Positions 27,812 to 38,791 are shown, counted from the stretch's first letter. The stretch is 64,000 nt of DNA from an uncultured Collinsella sp. (GCA_900541685.1 UQKM01000003.1:69576-133575); one strand, 5' to 3'. The notes: generated by a model not told the origin, from the letters alone. A program made the numbers and translations.

Positions 27812-28522
27812 TTGTCCCAGCTTGAGAAATGCGATCGCCGGTCCCTTCGCTCGCAGCGTGCCCTTCGCCAGGCGCTTGCCAGCGAGCTTGCCGAAAGCGG
27901 CGACCTTTCGCGCATTAATGTCGCGTCGCTCACCGAGCGTGCCGGCCTTACGCGCCGCACGTTCTATTCGCACTACCGCGATATCCCCGACTTTATCAAT
28001 CAAATCGAGGACGGCTTGCTGGCCGAGATCCGTGAGCGCATTGAGCTCATCACCGCAGCTCAGCTGCCCGATCTTTACCGTAACATTGACGAGCTCGAGC
28101 CGGCGCCCGGTTCGGTTGAGCTGCTGCGTTATCTTGCGGCCAACCGCGACTTAATCGGTGCGCTGCTGGGTCCGGGCGGCGACCAGGCCTTCATTAAAAG
28201 GATTATCGACACCGCACGTGAGGCCGTGGCGCCGCGTGCGCAGACGGGCATTTTGGGCCTGGCGCTGGGCACGTTCTTTGACTACTACGTCACCTACGTC
28301 GTGAGTGCCGAGGTCGGCATGATTCAGCGCTGGTTTGAGCGTGACCTTTCCGAATCGCCCGAGACCATGGCGCGCATCATGACGGTTATCGCCTTTGTGC
28401 GCCCCGGCGACCTGTATGGCCAACCCATCGATATCAACGTGCCGGAATACGGCATGAAGCTATTGAATCTGCAGCTCGAGGACGCGGGCGACACCGCCGC
28501 AACCGTCGAGTCCAACAACTAA
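27812..28522 (+). CDS. TetR/AcrR family transcriptional regulator
   Basis: HTH VASLTERAGLTRRTFYSHY. TTG start 4 nt after AAGGAGG. Confidence 0.75.
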   Translation: MSQLEKCDRRSLRSQRALRQALASELAESGDLSRINVASLTERAGLTRRTFYSHYRDIPDFINQIEDGLLAEIRERIELITAAQLPDLYRNIDELEPAPGSVELLRYLAANRDLIGALLGPGGDQAFIKRIIDTAREAVAPRAQTGILGLALGTFFDYYVTYVVSAEVGMIQRWFERDLSESPETMARIMTVIAFVRPGDLYGQPIDINVPEYGMKLLNLQLEDAGDTAATVESNN

Positions 28523-28533
28523 GAGGAGAGACA

Positions 28534-31500
28534 ATGAGCAAACTCGTCGAGGGCATTAAGGACCGCATGGTCGCTGCCGCACGCGAGGCCGCGCCCGCCG
28601 TGGTGGACGCCGCGCAGAAGGCCGCGACCGCTGCTGCCGAGAAGGTTGCCGAGGCTGTTGCCGAGGCCAAGAATGCGGCGGGAGAGACGCTTGCCGCCGA
28701 CGCAGCCACGCCCACCGCCGCCGAGCCCGTAGCCGCCGCCCAGGCCCCCGAAGGCGCGATCTTCAACCCCGACAACGCCCACGGCAACCTGCACCTGGGC
28801 ATCGACGTGGGCTCCACTACCGTCAAGCTCGCCGTGCTCAACGACGACAACCAGATCGTCTACGCCAAGTACCAGCGCCATCACACCGACGTCCGCGCCT
28901 GCGCCCGCGACTTGTTCGAGGGTGCTGCGACCGTGCTGCCGACGGCCCAGATGACCTGCGCCATTACCGGATCGGGCGGCTTGCTGCTGTCCCAGTGGCT
29001 CGACCTGGAGTTTGTCCAGGAGGTCATCGCCAGCAAGCGCGCCGTCGAGACCCTCATTCCGGCCACCGATGTCGCCATCGAGCTGGGCGGCGAGGACGCC
29101 AAGATCATCTACTTTGACAACGGCATCGAGCAGCGCATGAACGGCACCTGCGCCGGCGGTACGGGCGCCTTCATCGACCAGATGGCAACCCTGCTGCACA
29201 CCGACGCGAGCGGCCTCAACGAGCTCGCGGCCAACGCCACCACCATCTATCCCATCGCCAGCCGCTGCGGTGTCTTTGCCAAGACCGACGTGCAGCCGCT
29301 GCTCAACGAGGGTGCCCGCCCCGAGGACGTCGCCGCTTCCATCTTCCAGGCCGTCGTGACCCAGACCATCTCGGGCCTGGCGTGCGGCCGTCCCATCCGC
29401 GGCAACGTCGCCTTCTTGGGCGGCCCGCTACAGTATCTCTCCGAGCTGCGCCACCGCTTCTACCTCACGCTCAACCTGGACGAGGAGCACCGTATCGTGC
29501 CCCAAAACGCTCACCTGTTTGTGGCGAGCGGTGCCGCCATGGCGCACGAGTCCAATAAGCTCAGCACGTTCCCGCAGCTCATCGAGGCCATCGATGCCCT
29601 GGGTGACACACAGGGTGCTGAGGTCGAGCGCCTGGACCCGCTCTTTGCCACCGACGAGGATTTTGCCGAGTTCAAAACCCGCCACGACCAGGAAGTCGTC
29701 CCCAAGGGCAAACTCGAAGGCTACACCGGCCGCGTGTTCATCGGCATCGACGCCGGCTCCACCACCATGAAGGCCGCGCTCGTGGGCGAGGACGGCCAGC
29801 TGTTGCACACTTGGTACGGCAACAACAACGGCGACATCCTGGGCACGGCCAAGGTCATCATGGCCGATTTCTACAACCACATCCCCGCCGGCTGCACCAT
29901 CGGCCATGTGACCACCACCGGTTATGGCGAGGCGCTGCTTATCGAGGCCCTCAAGGCCGACTCGGGCGAAATCGAGACCGTTGCGCACCTGCGCGGTGCC
30001 AAGGCATTCCTGCCCGGCGTCGAGTTTATCCTGGACATTGGCGGCCAGGACATGAAGTGCCTGCGCGTGAAGGACGGCGTCATCGAGCACATCATGCTCA
30101 ACGAGGCCTGCTCGTCGGGCTGTGGCAGCTTTATCGAGAGCTTCGCCGTGTCTATGAACATGGACGTGCGCGCGTTCGCCGATGCCGCCATCCATGCTAA
30201 GGCCCCCGTCGATTTGGGCAGCCGCTGCACGGTCTTTATGAACTCGCGCGTTAAGCAGGCGCAAAAGGAAGGCGCCACGGTGGGCGACATCGCGGCCGGT
30301 CTGTCCTATTCCGTCATCAAGAATGCCCTGTTCAAGGTCATTAAGCTGCGCGACCCCAAGGAGATCGGCAGCCAGGTGATCGTCCAGGGCGGCACCTTTA
30401 TGTCCGACGCCACGCTGCGTGCATTTGAGCAGCTCACCGGCGTGCACGCCGTGCGCCCCGACATCGCCGGATGCATGGGCGCCTATGGTGCGGCCCTGCT
30501 CGCCCGCGATCGCGCCGGCGCCGATGGCACCTCGACCATCCTTTCGGCCGAAGACATCGCGCACCTCACTGTGACGCAAAAGCATGTCCGCTGCGGCCGC
30601 TGCTCCAACAACTGCCAGCTCACCGTCAACGACTTTGGCGGCGGCAGGCGCTTCATTACCGGCAACCGCTGCGAGAAGGGCGCCGGCCACAAAAAGCAGA
30701 AGACCGAGGCCCCCAACCTTTTCAAAAAGAAAAACGAGCTGCTCTTTGGCCGTGAGGTGCTGAGCCCCGACGAGGCCCCGCGCGGCACCGTCGGCATCCC
30801 CCGCGCGCTCAACATGTACGAGAACTACCCCTTCTGGCACGCGTTCTTTACGCGCCTGGGCTTTAGCGTGCAGCTGTCCGACCAGTCGAGCAAAAAGACC
30901 TATCAGGCGGGTATCGAGTCCATGCCGTCCGAGAGCGTGTGCTATCCGGCCAAGATGAGTCACGGCCACGTGATGAACCTTATCGACCGCGATGTCGACT
31001 TCATTTGGATGCCGTGCGTGCGCTGGGAGCGCAAGGAGGACCCGACGGCTGGCAACTGCTATAACTGCCCCATCGTCATGAGCTATCCCACGGCGTTGGC
31101 GCTCAATATCGACGAGATTCGCGAGCAGAACATCGAGTTCCTGTACCCGTTTGTGCCCTATCACGACAAGACCGAGCTCAAGCGCCGCCTGTACCAGGTG
31201 CTCGCCGTCGACCGTGTGGCCGATGCGCAGGCCGGTCGCGGTCGCGTGCGCGGTCCCAAGATCACGCGCTCCGAGGTCGATGCCGCCGTCAACGCTGCCT
31301 TTGAGGCCGATGCGCGTTTCCACGAGGACATCCAGACCATGGGTGAGGAGGCTCTTAAGTGGGTTGAGGACCACGGCGGACACGGCATTGTGCTCGCCGG
31401 TCGCCCTTACCACAACGACCCCGAGATCAACCACGCCCTGCCCGAGCTTATCTCGAGCTTTGGCTTCGCAGTCTTTACCGAGGATTCGCTTGCGCATCTC

Positions 31501-33318
31501 GTGAAGCCCGAGCGTCCGATTCGCGTCGTCGACCAGTGGATGTACCACAGCCGCCTGTACGCCGTGGCCCGTTTTGTGACGATGCGCAACGACCTGGACC
31601 TGATCCAGCTCAATTCCTTCGGCTGCGGTCTCGATGCCCTGACCACCGATCAGGTGCAGGAGATCCTGGAGGCCAGCGGCAAGATCTACACCGTGCTCAA
31701 GATCGACGAGGTGTCCAACCTGGGCGCCGCGCGCATCCGCATTCGCTCGCTCATGGCAGCGCTCAAGGACCAGGAGGCCGAGCGCTTGGCCGAGGCCACG
31801 GCCGCGGGCAAGGTCTTTGAGCAGGGCGACGCCGCGCCGGTGGCGCCCTCCACGGATGCCCCCGCGTTCGCGAGCCGCAAGTACGCCTTCGAGGCGCAGC
31901 GTGAGAGCGCCTCGACTGCATGGCCCAAGGTGCCCTTTACCGAGCAGATGCGCGACGAGGGCTACACCATCCTGTGCCCGCAGATGGCGCCGATTCACTT
32001 TGACCTGGTCAAAGAGGTATTCCGCGGTGCCGGCTATAACCTGGAGCTGCTGCCCTCGACCGATCACGATGCCGTCGAGGCTGGCCTGCGCTATGTGAAC
32101 AATGACATTTGCTACCCGTCGATTCTGGTGACGGGCCAGATTATGGAGGCCATCGAGAGCGGTCGGTACGACCTGTCCAAGACCGCCGTGGTCATCAGCC
32201 AGACCGGCGGCGGCTGCCGTGCCACCAACTACATCGCGCTCATCCGCAAGGCCCTGCGCGAGAGCGGCCACCCCGAGATCCCCGTGATCTCGCTTTCGGC
32301 CGTGGCGCTCGGCGAGGACAACCCCGGCTTTAAGATTACGCCGACGCTGCTTAAGCAGGCCGTGTACGCGGTGCTCTTTGGTGACGTGATGATGCAGATG
32401 CTCTACCGCTGCCGCCCGTACGAGGCCACGCCCGGTGCCGCCAACGCGCTCTACGAGGAGTACATGGCGCGCGCCCGCAAGCTCGCGCCCAAGTTCAACA
32501 GGCATAACTACACCAAGCTGTGCCGCGAGGCCATCCGCGCGTTCGACACCATGCCGCTCGTGGGCGAGGGCGCCAAGCCGCGCGTGGGCGTGGTCGGCGA
32601 GATCTTGGTCAAGTTCCACCCCACGGCCAACAACCACGTGGTCGATGTCATCGAGCGCGAGGGCTGCGAGGCCGTGGTACCGGGCCTGCTCGACTTCTTC
32701 CTGTACTCCATGAGTAACGCCGAGCTGCAGAAGGACGAGCTGGGAAGCTCTGCTACCACGCGCGCGGGTATGCAGGCGCTTATTAAGCTCGTGGACTGGA
32801 TGCGCACGCCGGTGGAGGAGATGCTCGAAAAGTCCCGCCGCTTTGAGGCGCCCGAGCGCATCGGCACCATGGCGGACAAGGCCCGCACGGTGCTTTCGGT
32901 GTGCAACAACATGGGCGAGGGCTGGTTGCTCACGGCCGAGATGCTCGACCTCATCGACCATGGTGCGCCCAACATCATCTGCACGCAGCCCTTCGCGTGC
33001 CTGCCTAACCATGTGGTGGGCAAGGCCGTGATCAAGGAGCTGCGCCGCCAGCATCCCGAGAGCAACATCGTCGCGGTGGACTACGACCCCGGTGCGTCCG
33101 AGGTCAACCAGCTCAACCGCATTAAGCTCATGATCAGCGTGGCAAAGGAGAACATGCGCGCCGGTAAGGGCTTTAAGCTCGAGAAGGTGGCGCCGCTCGC
33201 GATGGACGAGGTCACCGGCCAGATGCGTGCCCATGACGGCTGCGTGAGCTGCGGGCCGGCCAGGGAGGAGGCCGTGGCGTCGGTCGCCGAGCGTCTGGGG
33301 CGCGGCATCGAGAAGTAG
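28534..33318 (+). CDS. giant fused CoA-substrate-specific enzyme activase (two BadF/BadG/BcrA/BcrD ATPase domains) and 2-hydroxyacyl-CoA dehydratase-like domains, 1594 aa
   Basis: Two acetate/sugar-kinase-fold activase repeats (LGIDVGSTTVK...; IGIDAGSTTMK...), a central Cys4 zinc-ribbon-like motif (CGRCSNNCQ...CEKG) and an HgdB/HgdA-like C-terminal region. N-terminal about 90 aa is an Ala-rich low-complexity tail. Confidence 0.85.
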   Translation: MSKLVEGIKDRMVAAAREAAPAVVDAAQKAATAAAEKVAEAVAEAKNAAGETLAADAATPTAAEPVAAAQAPEGAIFNPDNAHGNLHLGIDVGSTTVKLAVLNDDNQIVYAKYQRHHTDVRACARDLFEGAATVLPTAQMTCAITGSGGLLLSQWLDLEFVQEVIASKRAVETLIPATDVAIELGGEDAKIIYFDNGIEQRMNGTCAGGTGAFIDQMATLLHTDASGLNELAANATTIYPIASRCGVFAKTDVQPLLNEGARPEDVAASIFQAVVTQTISGLACGRPIRGNVAFLGGPLQYLSELRHRFYLTLNLDEEHRIVPQNAHLFVASGAAMAHESNKLSTFPQLIEAIDALGDTQGAEVERLDPLFATDEDFAEFKTRHDQEVVPKGKLEGYTGRVFIGIDAGSTTMKAALVGEDGQLLHTWYGNNNGDILGTAKVIMADFYNHIPAGCTIGHVTTTGYGEALLIEALKADSGEIETVAHLRGAKAFLPGVEFILDIGGQDMKCLRVKDGVIEHIMLNEACSSGCGSFIESFAVSMNMDVRAFADAAIHAKAPVDLGSRCTVFMNSRVKQAQKEGATVGDIAAGLSYSVIKNALFKVIKLRDPKEIGSQVIVQGGTFMSDATLRAFEQLTGVHAVRPDIAGCMGAYGAALLARDRAGADGTSTILSAEDIAHLTVTQKHVRCGRCSNNCQLTVNDFGGGRRFITGNRCEKGAGHKKQKTEAPNLFKKKNELLFGREVLSPDEAPRGTVGIPRALNMYENYPFWHAFFTRLGFSVQLSDQSSKKTYQAGIESMPSESVCYPAKMSHGHVMNLIDRDVDFIWMPCVRWERKEDPTAGNCYNCPIVMSYPTALALNIDEIREQNIEFLYPFVPYHDKTELKRRLYQVLAVDRVADAQAGRGRVRGPKITRSEVDAAVNAAFEADARFHEDIQTMGEEALKWVEDHGGHGIVLAGRPYHNDPEINHALPELISSFGFAVFTEDSLAHLVKPERPIRVVDQWMYHSRLYAVARFVTMRNDLDLIQLNSFGCGLDALTTDQVQEILEASGKIYTVLKIDEVSNLGAARIRIRSLMAALKDQEAERLAEATAAGKVFEQGDAAPVAPSTDAPAFASRKYAFEAQRESASTAWPKVPFTEQMRDEGYTILCPQMAPIHFDLVKEVFRGAGYNLELLPSTDHDAVEAGLRYVNNDICYPSILVTGQIMEAIESGRYDLSKTAVVISQTGGGCRATNYIALIRKALRESGHPEIPVISLSAVALGEDNPGFKITPTLLKQAVYAVLFGDVMMQMLYRCRPYEATPGAANALYEEYMARARKLAPKFNRHNYTKLCREAIRAFDTMPLVGEGAKPRVGVVGEILVKFHPTANNHVVDVIEREGCEAVVPGLLDFFLYSMSNAELQKDELGSSATTRAGMQALIKLVDWMRTPVEEMLEKSRRFEAPERIGTMADKARTVLSVCNNMGEGWLLTAEMLDLIDHGAPNIICTQPFACLPNHVVGKAVIKELRRQHPESNIVAVDYDPGASEVNQLNRIKLMISVAKENMRAGKGFKLEKVAPLAMDEVTGQMRAHDGCVSCGPAREEAVASVAERLGRGIEK

Positions 33319-33342
33319 TTGGCCTACTTCGAGCCGGATGTA

Positions 33343-33378
33343 AGACAAACGGGTGGTAGCCGTACCGGCTACCACCCG
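33343..33378 (+). terminator. hairpin after giant CDS (15-bp stem AACGGGTGGTAGCCG / CGGCTACCACCCGTT)
   Basis: Read directly; followed by ATTACT. Confidence 0.5.
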
Positions 33379-33435
33379 TTATTACTGGACATATGTTGCG
33401 TAAATCGTTTTGTCGCAGCCTTCTGTGGACTCGAA

Positions 33436-33565
33436 TTTCGGAAGTGCGGGGAAAAACGCGAACCTCCCGAGCACACCGCCGTTTTAGACTCTTGCGACCT
33501 GCGGTTTTGTTGTCAAAAAAGCCGGTCTGGTCGGCGAACCCTGATTTTTCCCCGCACTTCCGAAA
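33436..33565. repeat. 21-bp perfect inverted repeats (TTTCGGAAGTGCGGGGAAAAA ... TTTTTCCCCGCACTTCCGAAA) enclosing an 88-nt core; MITE-like or a large RNA hairpin
   Basis: Read directly. No obvious target-site duplication. Confidence 0.7.
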
Positions 33566-33734
33566 ACAGCGGTTCAGCAGCGCCAAAAAATGGCCTCAAA
33601 ATCGAGAGTTAATGAACAGGTGTAGCCGTTCACCGCGTAAAAGCGTCCGTTTGTAGAACCAGCCCCCGGCTCGTAGCCTCCATACGGTTGAATAAATACA
33701 CATCTATGGAATTACGTAAGAGAGGATCGTTTCC

Positions 33735-34694
33735 ATGAGCTACAAGACTGTTTGTGTTGCCGGTGGCGGCGTGTTGGGAAGCCAGATTGCCTTTCAGGCT
33801 GCCTACTGCGGCTTTGATGTGACGATTTGGCTGCGCAGCGAGGGCAGCATCGGCCGCACCCAGCCCAAGATCGATCATGTGCGCGAGGAGTACATCGCTG
33901 CTATCGAGGGCATGGCGGACGGCACGGGCGAGTGGTGCTCCGGTATCGCCGATAGCGGCAAGCCCTTCGACAAAGAGGAGGCACTCGCCGCCGTTGAACG
34001 CGCTTATTCCACGATCAGGTTGGAGCTCGATCTTGCCAAGGCCGTGGCCGATGCCGACCTGGTCATCGAATCTATGGCCGAGGACACCCAGGCAAAGATT
34101 GACTTCTACAAGAAGCTCGCCCCGGTCCTCCCGCAAAAGACCGTCGTCGTGACCAACTCCTCCACGCTGCTGCCGAGCACCTTTGCCAAGTACACCGGCC
34201 GCCCCGAGAAGTACCTGTCGCTGCACTTTGCCAACTCCATCTGGAAAAACAACATGACCGAGGTCATGGCCCAGAGCCAAACCGACAAGCGCTATTTTGA
34301 CGAACTCGTCGACTTTGCTAACGACATCCGCATGCTGGCGCTTCCCGTCAACAAGGAAAAGAACGGCTACCTGCTCAACTCTATGCTGGTGCCATGGCTG
34401 CTTTCGGGCCTGGACTTGTACGTCTCGGGCGTGAGCGATCCCAAGAGCATCGACCTCGCATGGACGCGTGGTACCGGCGCTCCCAAGGGCCCGTTTCGCG
34501 TATTCGACACGGTGGGCATCCAGACGGCGTACAACATCGTCATGCAGTACCAAAAGGTGCCGGGTCTGGTGAGCCCGCTGCTCAAAAAGATGATGATGCC
34601 CTACAACTTTAAGGCCATGGCCTCCGTCCTCAAGAAAATGCTCGACGAAGGTAAGCTGGGCGAAAGCTCGGGCGAGGGCTTCTTTACGTACTAA
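33735..34694 (+). CDS. 3-hydroxyacyl-CoA (3-hydroxybutyryl-CoA) dehydrogenase family protein
   Basis: N-terminal NAD-binding VCVAGGGVLGSQIA and the 3HCDH catalytic region. Confidence 0.85.
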   Translation: MSYKTVCVAGGGVLGSQIAFQAAYCGFDVTIWLRSEGSIGRTQPKIDHVREEYIAAIEGMADGTGEWCSGIADSGKPFDKEEALAAVERAYSTIRLELDLAKAVADADLVIESMAEDTQAKIDFYKKLAPVLPQKTVVVTNSSTLLPSTFAKYTGRPEKYLSLHFANSIWKNNMTEVMAQSQTDKRYFDELVDFANDIRMLALPVNKEKNGYLLNSMLVPWLLSGLDLYVSGVSDPKSIDLAWTRGTGAPKGPFRVFDTVGIQTAYNIVMQYQKVPGLVSPLLKKMMMPYNFKAMASVLKKMLDEGKLGESSGEGFFTY

Positions 34695-34964
34695 AAATGA
34701 TCTCTTGGGGGCGGAAGCGTTGAGGATCTACGGTAGTATGCGACAAGATCTGAATAGGTCGAGCAAGAGCTGTAGCGCGCGTTGACGTTTGCCCAATAGA
34801 ACGCAAAAAGGCACCGTTCGCCGATACTCCTCTCGCGAGTGGTTGCCATATGGTTTGATGTTGGAAACATATGATTGCCGACAGGCCGTAGGTGACATTC
34901 GCCATGATATCGGAGGTACCAAGTATGTTTCGTGCTCCGTTAAACAAGTATCGGGCTGGCTGAC

Positions 34965-35414
34965 ATGAGCCGCCGTTTTGTCTCGATAACCGTTGCAGTG
35001 GTTTGCCTGGCAGTGCTTCTGGGCGCTACAGGGCAACTCGCCATAAGTCGAGAAACATCCTATATGCAGGAATGCGTTTCCGAAGGCTTTGCCATTGATG
35101 GTTACTATCGTGATGACGAAACAAGTCGGGAAACCCTGGCCTTTCTTGAAGAGGATAACCATCGGTGGCAACTGGTCGGCAAAGGCGGCGACTGCGTTGA
35201 TGGGCAGTTCGAGCGTATAGACGACCCCAACATTCTGGTATTAAAGAATGAAAACGGCGAAGAATTCGGTACGGTCCACGTGGCGTATATTTCGCGCCGA
35301 CGCGATCAGGGCTTGCTCTACCTATTTAGAGATACCAGGGTGACCCGTTTTTATCTGGTGAGTACCGGTCCGGCGTTTACAGTGGAGTCTGGCGATGTCG
35401 ATACGGACAGCTGA
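34965..35414 (+). CDS. hypothetical secreted/membrane-anchored protein
   Basis: N-terminal signal-like hydrophobic segment. Lower local GC. Followed by a GC hairpin terminator at 35435-35472. Confidence 0.45.
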   Translation: MSRRFVSITVAVVCLAVLLGATGQLAISRETSYMQECVSEGFAIDGYYRDDETSRETLAFLEEDNHRWQLVGKGGDCVDGQFERIDDPNILVLKNENGEEFGTVHVAYISRRRDQGLLYLFRDTRVTRFYLVSTGPAFTVESGDVDTDS

Positions 35415-35539
35415 TTCACGGCAATAAATCAGCGAGCGGGGCGCGGCCATGGACCGCGCCCCGCTATTTGCTCGTGGCCCGCGTCACGTCTGCGCCAAGT
35501 CGTGACTCGCGGCTGCGCGCATCCATCCCACGTCGCGTA

Positions 35540-36680
35540 TTACTGCACATCAAACTCCACGCGATCGAGCTCGGGCACATTGAGGTCGATGAGCTTGCGG
35601 GCTACACGGCGGTCGTGTGCCCCAAGCGCCTCGCTTGTCGTCACATGGGCGACAACCTCGCGCTCGACAAGGCCCTCCTCCTCGTCTTCGGTGGCCGAGG
35701 TCTCGACGGCAACGGTGTAATCCTTAAAGCCCGGCAGCACCGCGGCAAGCTCGCGCGTGGTTTCGGTGACGCCGTAACCGTCCTGCACGCCGGCCTGCGC
35801 CGAGCCAATAGACCCCGCCGTCATAACGATGCAGGGGATGGCAAAGATCACCGTGCCCACGATGATGCGGCGGCGCACCTTGTGTGACAGCTCATCGACC
35901 TCGGCGTTTTCCTCGGCGGTCACAATGCCGTCGCCGTTGAGGTCGCGCTTGAGCGGCACGCGCAAAAGAAGCAGCACGGCTTCGGCAGCCAGTGCGATAA
36001 AGACCACGTTGATGCCAAACTCGTAGAGGGCCGAGAGAAACAGCGACCCGCTCGCGATGGCGATGCCATAGCCCGCCGCGCACAGGGGCGGCATGAGCGC
36101 GGTCGCCACGGCCACGCCGGCGATGAGCGTGGCGGGTTCCTGGTCGCGCGAGTTGCCCAGGCCACCCGCAAAGCCGCCTGCGAGTGCGACGGCAAGGTCC
36201 CACACAGTCGGTGTCGAATTGTCGATGATGGCGGCCGTGGTGGTGCCAAGGGGCGAGAGCTTAAAATACAACGTGGACGTGACCAGGCAAAAGGCCATCT
36301 GTAGAGCCAAGCTCGCGATGGCCTCGACGGTAATCTCGCGGTCGAGCGTGGCGATGCCGTATGCCATGGCAAGGACCGAGCCCATGAGCGGGCAGATGAG
36401 CATGGCGCCTACAATGGCGATATCCGAGTCGATATCGAGGCCGATGCTCGCAATCAACATGGCAATGATCAGGATGCATAAGTGCGAGCCAGTCAGGCGC
36501 GCCCCGTTTACAAAGCGCTTGCGAATCACGTGATAGGGCGCGCGTCCCTCGCGAATGTTGAATGCCTGCTTTAGAAAGCGGCTTGCGTCCTTCATGGCCT
36601 CGCTGTGTGCGGGGCGTATACCGTGACGACGATGATGACGCTCGCGCAGCCGCTTGATCTGTTGTTTATCGAGTTCCATG
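35540..36680 (-). CDS. DUF389-family integral membrane protein
   Basis: Conserved N-terminal block RFVNGARLTGSHL...IIAMLIASIGL...AIVGAMLICPLMG. Start re-called to the ATG 5 nt after GAGG. Confidence 0.7.
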
Positions 36681-36895
36681 TTCACCTCGTATTGCCGCAG
36701 GAACGCGGATGTGTTCGCAGCATGTACTCTACACCGTGGCGCCCGTGGCGGTCATCTTGACATGGAACTTAGGCGAGCAGGCAAAGGAAGACACGCCACA
36801 TACGAGTACTGCCGAGGGTTTCGGCAGATACAGAAAGAGCGCGGGGCCGGATGGTCTCCGACCCCGCGCTCTGTACGGGTACGTTGTTGTTGGGT

Positions 36896-38599
36896 TTATC
36901 CCAGCAGGCTCAGGCCAACAGAGACAAACGCCAGGATAACGCCGACGATAGACTCGCCACCGAGCAGGCCGCTGGCGACAACCAGGCCCTGCTCCTGGAA
37001 GGCGGCGTCCTTGGCGGCCTTCTCCTCGTCCGAAAGACCGGCGGCGGCGTCGCGGTGAGCGGCCCACTTGTCGTAGGCGAGCTTAACGCAGGAGCCCAGG
37101 AAGGCCGTGAGCGACATGTAGAACGGCAGGTACACGCCCAGACCGATCATCATGGCCGGAATGCCGAGCCAGTACATGACGATGCCGGCGATAAAGCCGC
37201 CTGCGAACCACGGCACGCTCGGGATGCCCGAGACCATGGTGGCGACGACGCTTGCCTGCGCGGCCACAAAGCTCTTGTCGGGGCCGAAAGCATCCGGACC
37301 ATAGGCGGTGACGAGCGCGACCATGACGGCGGCGGCGACCAGGGCGCCCACGATGCCGCCGATGGCCTGGCCGACCCACTGTGCGCGCGGGTTGGTGCCC
37401 AGCACGGCGCCGGCCTTAAAGTCGTTCATGACGTCGCCTGCAAGGCCGCATGCCACGGCCACGATGCCGGCGATAAAGAACAGCTTGACCTGTGCGAGCT
37501 GCGCGAAGGCCGCCACGATGAGCATGACGATGAGGCCGAAGATCTCCATGGGGTCGATGCCCGTCTGGCCGCAGCTCTGCGCGCTCATGATGGTGGTGAC
37601 AAAGGTGAACAGCGTGACGATGACGGCCGGAACGGGACCAAGGTCGAGCGCGATAGCGACGATCACGGCGATGACGGCGGTGCCCAGGCCGATGATGCCG
37701 GCGTCGAGCTTAAGGGAGCCCGAGATGAGCGACTGCTCGTCGGTGTCGGTGGAGCTGTCGGCGGCGAGGCCACGGACGATGCCGGCGACCTGCGGCAGGA
37801 TGTCCTTGAGGACGACGGCGACGCCAAAGCCCATCATGAGGCCCATGCCGAGCGATTTGACGATGCCCTGCGCAGTCACAACGTCGAATAGACCGGCAGC
37901 GGTGCCGCCCACGATGATGCCAAAGTTGCCCAGCAGCGCGCCGGCAAACCAGCAGGCCACGGGGGCGAAGCCCACCAAAAAGCCAATGGACAGCAACATG
38001 GGCGAGTTGTAGATGGCAAAGGTCACGCCGGGGATATTGAGCGTGCACAGCATGCTGGGCACCACGCCCAGGGCGTCGCGAAGCACGCTGTAGATGCCTG
38101 CGATGGCCATGGAGCCAAAGAGCTGCTTGCCGGTCTTGCCGCCGGCCTCGGTGGCGCGCAGGGTCTGAGCTGCGGCGTTGCCGGTGGGGAACTCCAGCGC
38201 GGCGTCCACGATAAAGTGGCGGTGGATGAGCGCCGTTGCCAGAAGGCCCAAGATGGTGCCGGCGAGCGCCACGATAAACATGTCGAGCCAGCTGATCTGG
38301 TCGGCATAGCCCAGCATCCAGGCGCCCGGGATGGTAAACGCCAGGCCGCCGGCGACCATAGCGCCCGCGGACATGATGGTGTGGGTGACGTTGGCCTCGT
38401 TGAGGCTGGCGTTGCCCATGAGTTTCAGGAAGAACAGCGAAATGACGGCGGCGAAGATGATCGGCCAGGGGAGCGCGCCCATCTTGAGGGCCGTGTAGGC
38501 CGAGCTTGCCGTGATGATTACGCAACCGAGAACGCCGATGACGACGCCGCGCAGCGTGAGTTGACCGCGCATCGAGGCGCGGTTCGAGGGATTGCTCAT
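36896..38599 (-). CDS. OPT-family oligopeptide transporter
   Basis: About 16-TM OPT-superfamily architecture. SD AAGGAG. Intrinsic terminator at about 36836-36880 on the minus strand. Confidence 0.8.
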   Translation of the reverse strand: MSNPSNRASMRGQLTLRGVVIGVLGCVIITASSAYTALKMGALPWPIIFAAVISLFFLKLMGNASLNEANVTHTIMSAGAMVAGGLAFTIPGAWMLGYADQISWLDMFIVALAGTILGLLATALIHRHFIVDAALEFPTGNAAAQTLRATEAGGKTGKQLFGSMAIAGIYSVLRDALGVVPSMLCTLNIPGVTFAIYNSPMLLSIGFLVGFAPVACWFAGALLGNFGIIVGGTAAGLFDVVTAQGIVKSLGMGLMMGFGVAVVLKDILPQVAGIVRGLAADSSTDTDEQSLISGSLKLDAGIIGLGTAVIAVIVAIALDLGPVPAVIVTLFTFVTTIMSAQSCGQTGIDPMEIFGLIVMLIVAAFAQLAQVKLFFIAGIVAVACGLAGDVMNDFKAGAVLGTNPRAQWVGQAIGGIVGALVAAAVMVALVTAYGPDAFGPDKSFVAAQASVVATMVSGIPSVPWFAGGFIAGIVMYWLGIPAMMIGLGVYLPFYMSLTAFLGSCVKLAYDKWAAHRDAAAGLSDEEKAAKDAAFQEQGLVVASGLLGGESIVGVILAFVSVGLSLLG

Positions 38600-38791
38600 A
38601 TAGAACTCCTTTGCGTATATCCGCTTCCCCCGGGAGCGCCGCTACGGATGCGGCGCGGGAAGTCGGGTTACCAAGGGCCGCCGCGTGAGCTCGCAAACGA
38701 CCGCGCACCAGTATAGCCGCAAGTTAGTCATTTTGGGATGACTGGTTTAGGTAGGCGATATACTGCTGGGCAGACGAAAGGAGCGCCGACG

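Noticed and set aside
29428-33375. 1315-aa ORF on the minus strand
   Set aside because: It is exactly antisense to the well-supported 1594-aa activase/dehydratase gene and is rich in Ala/Gly/Arg low-complexity sequence, which is a typical high-GC antisense artefact.
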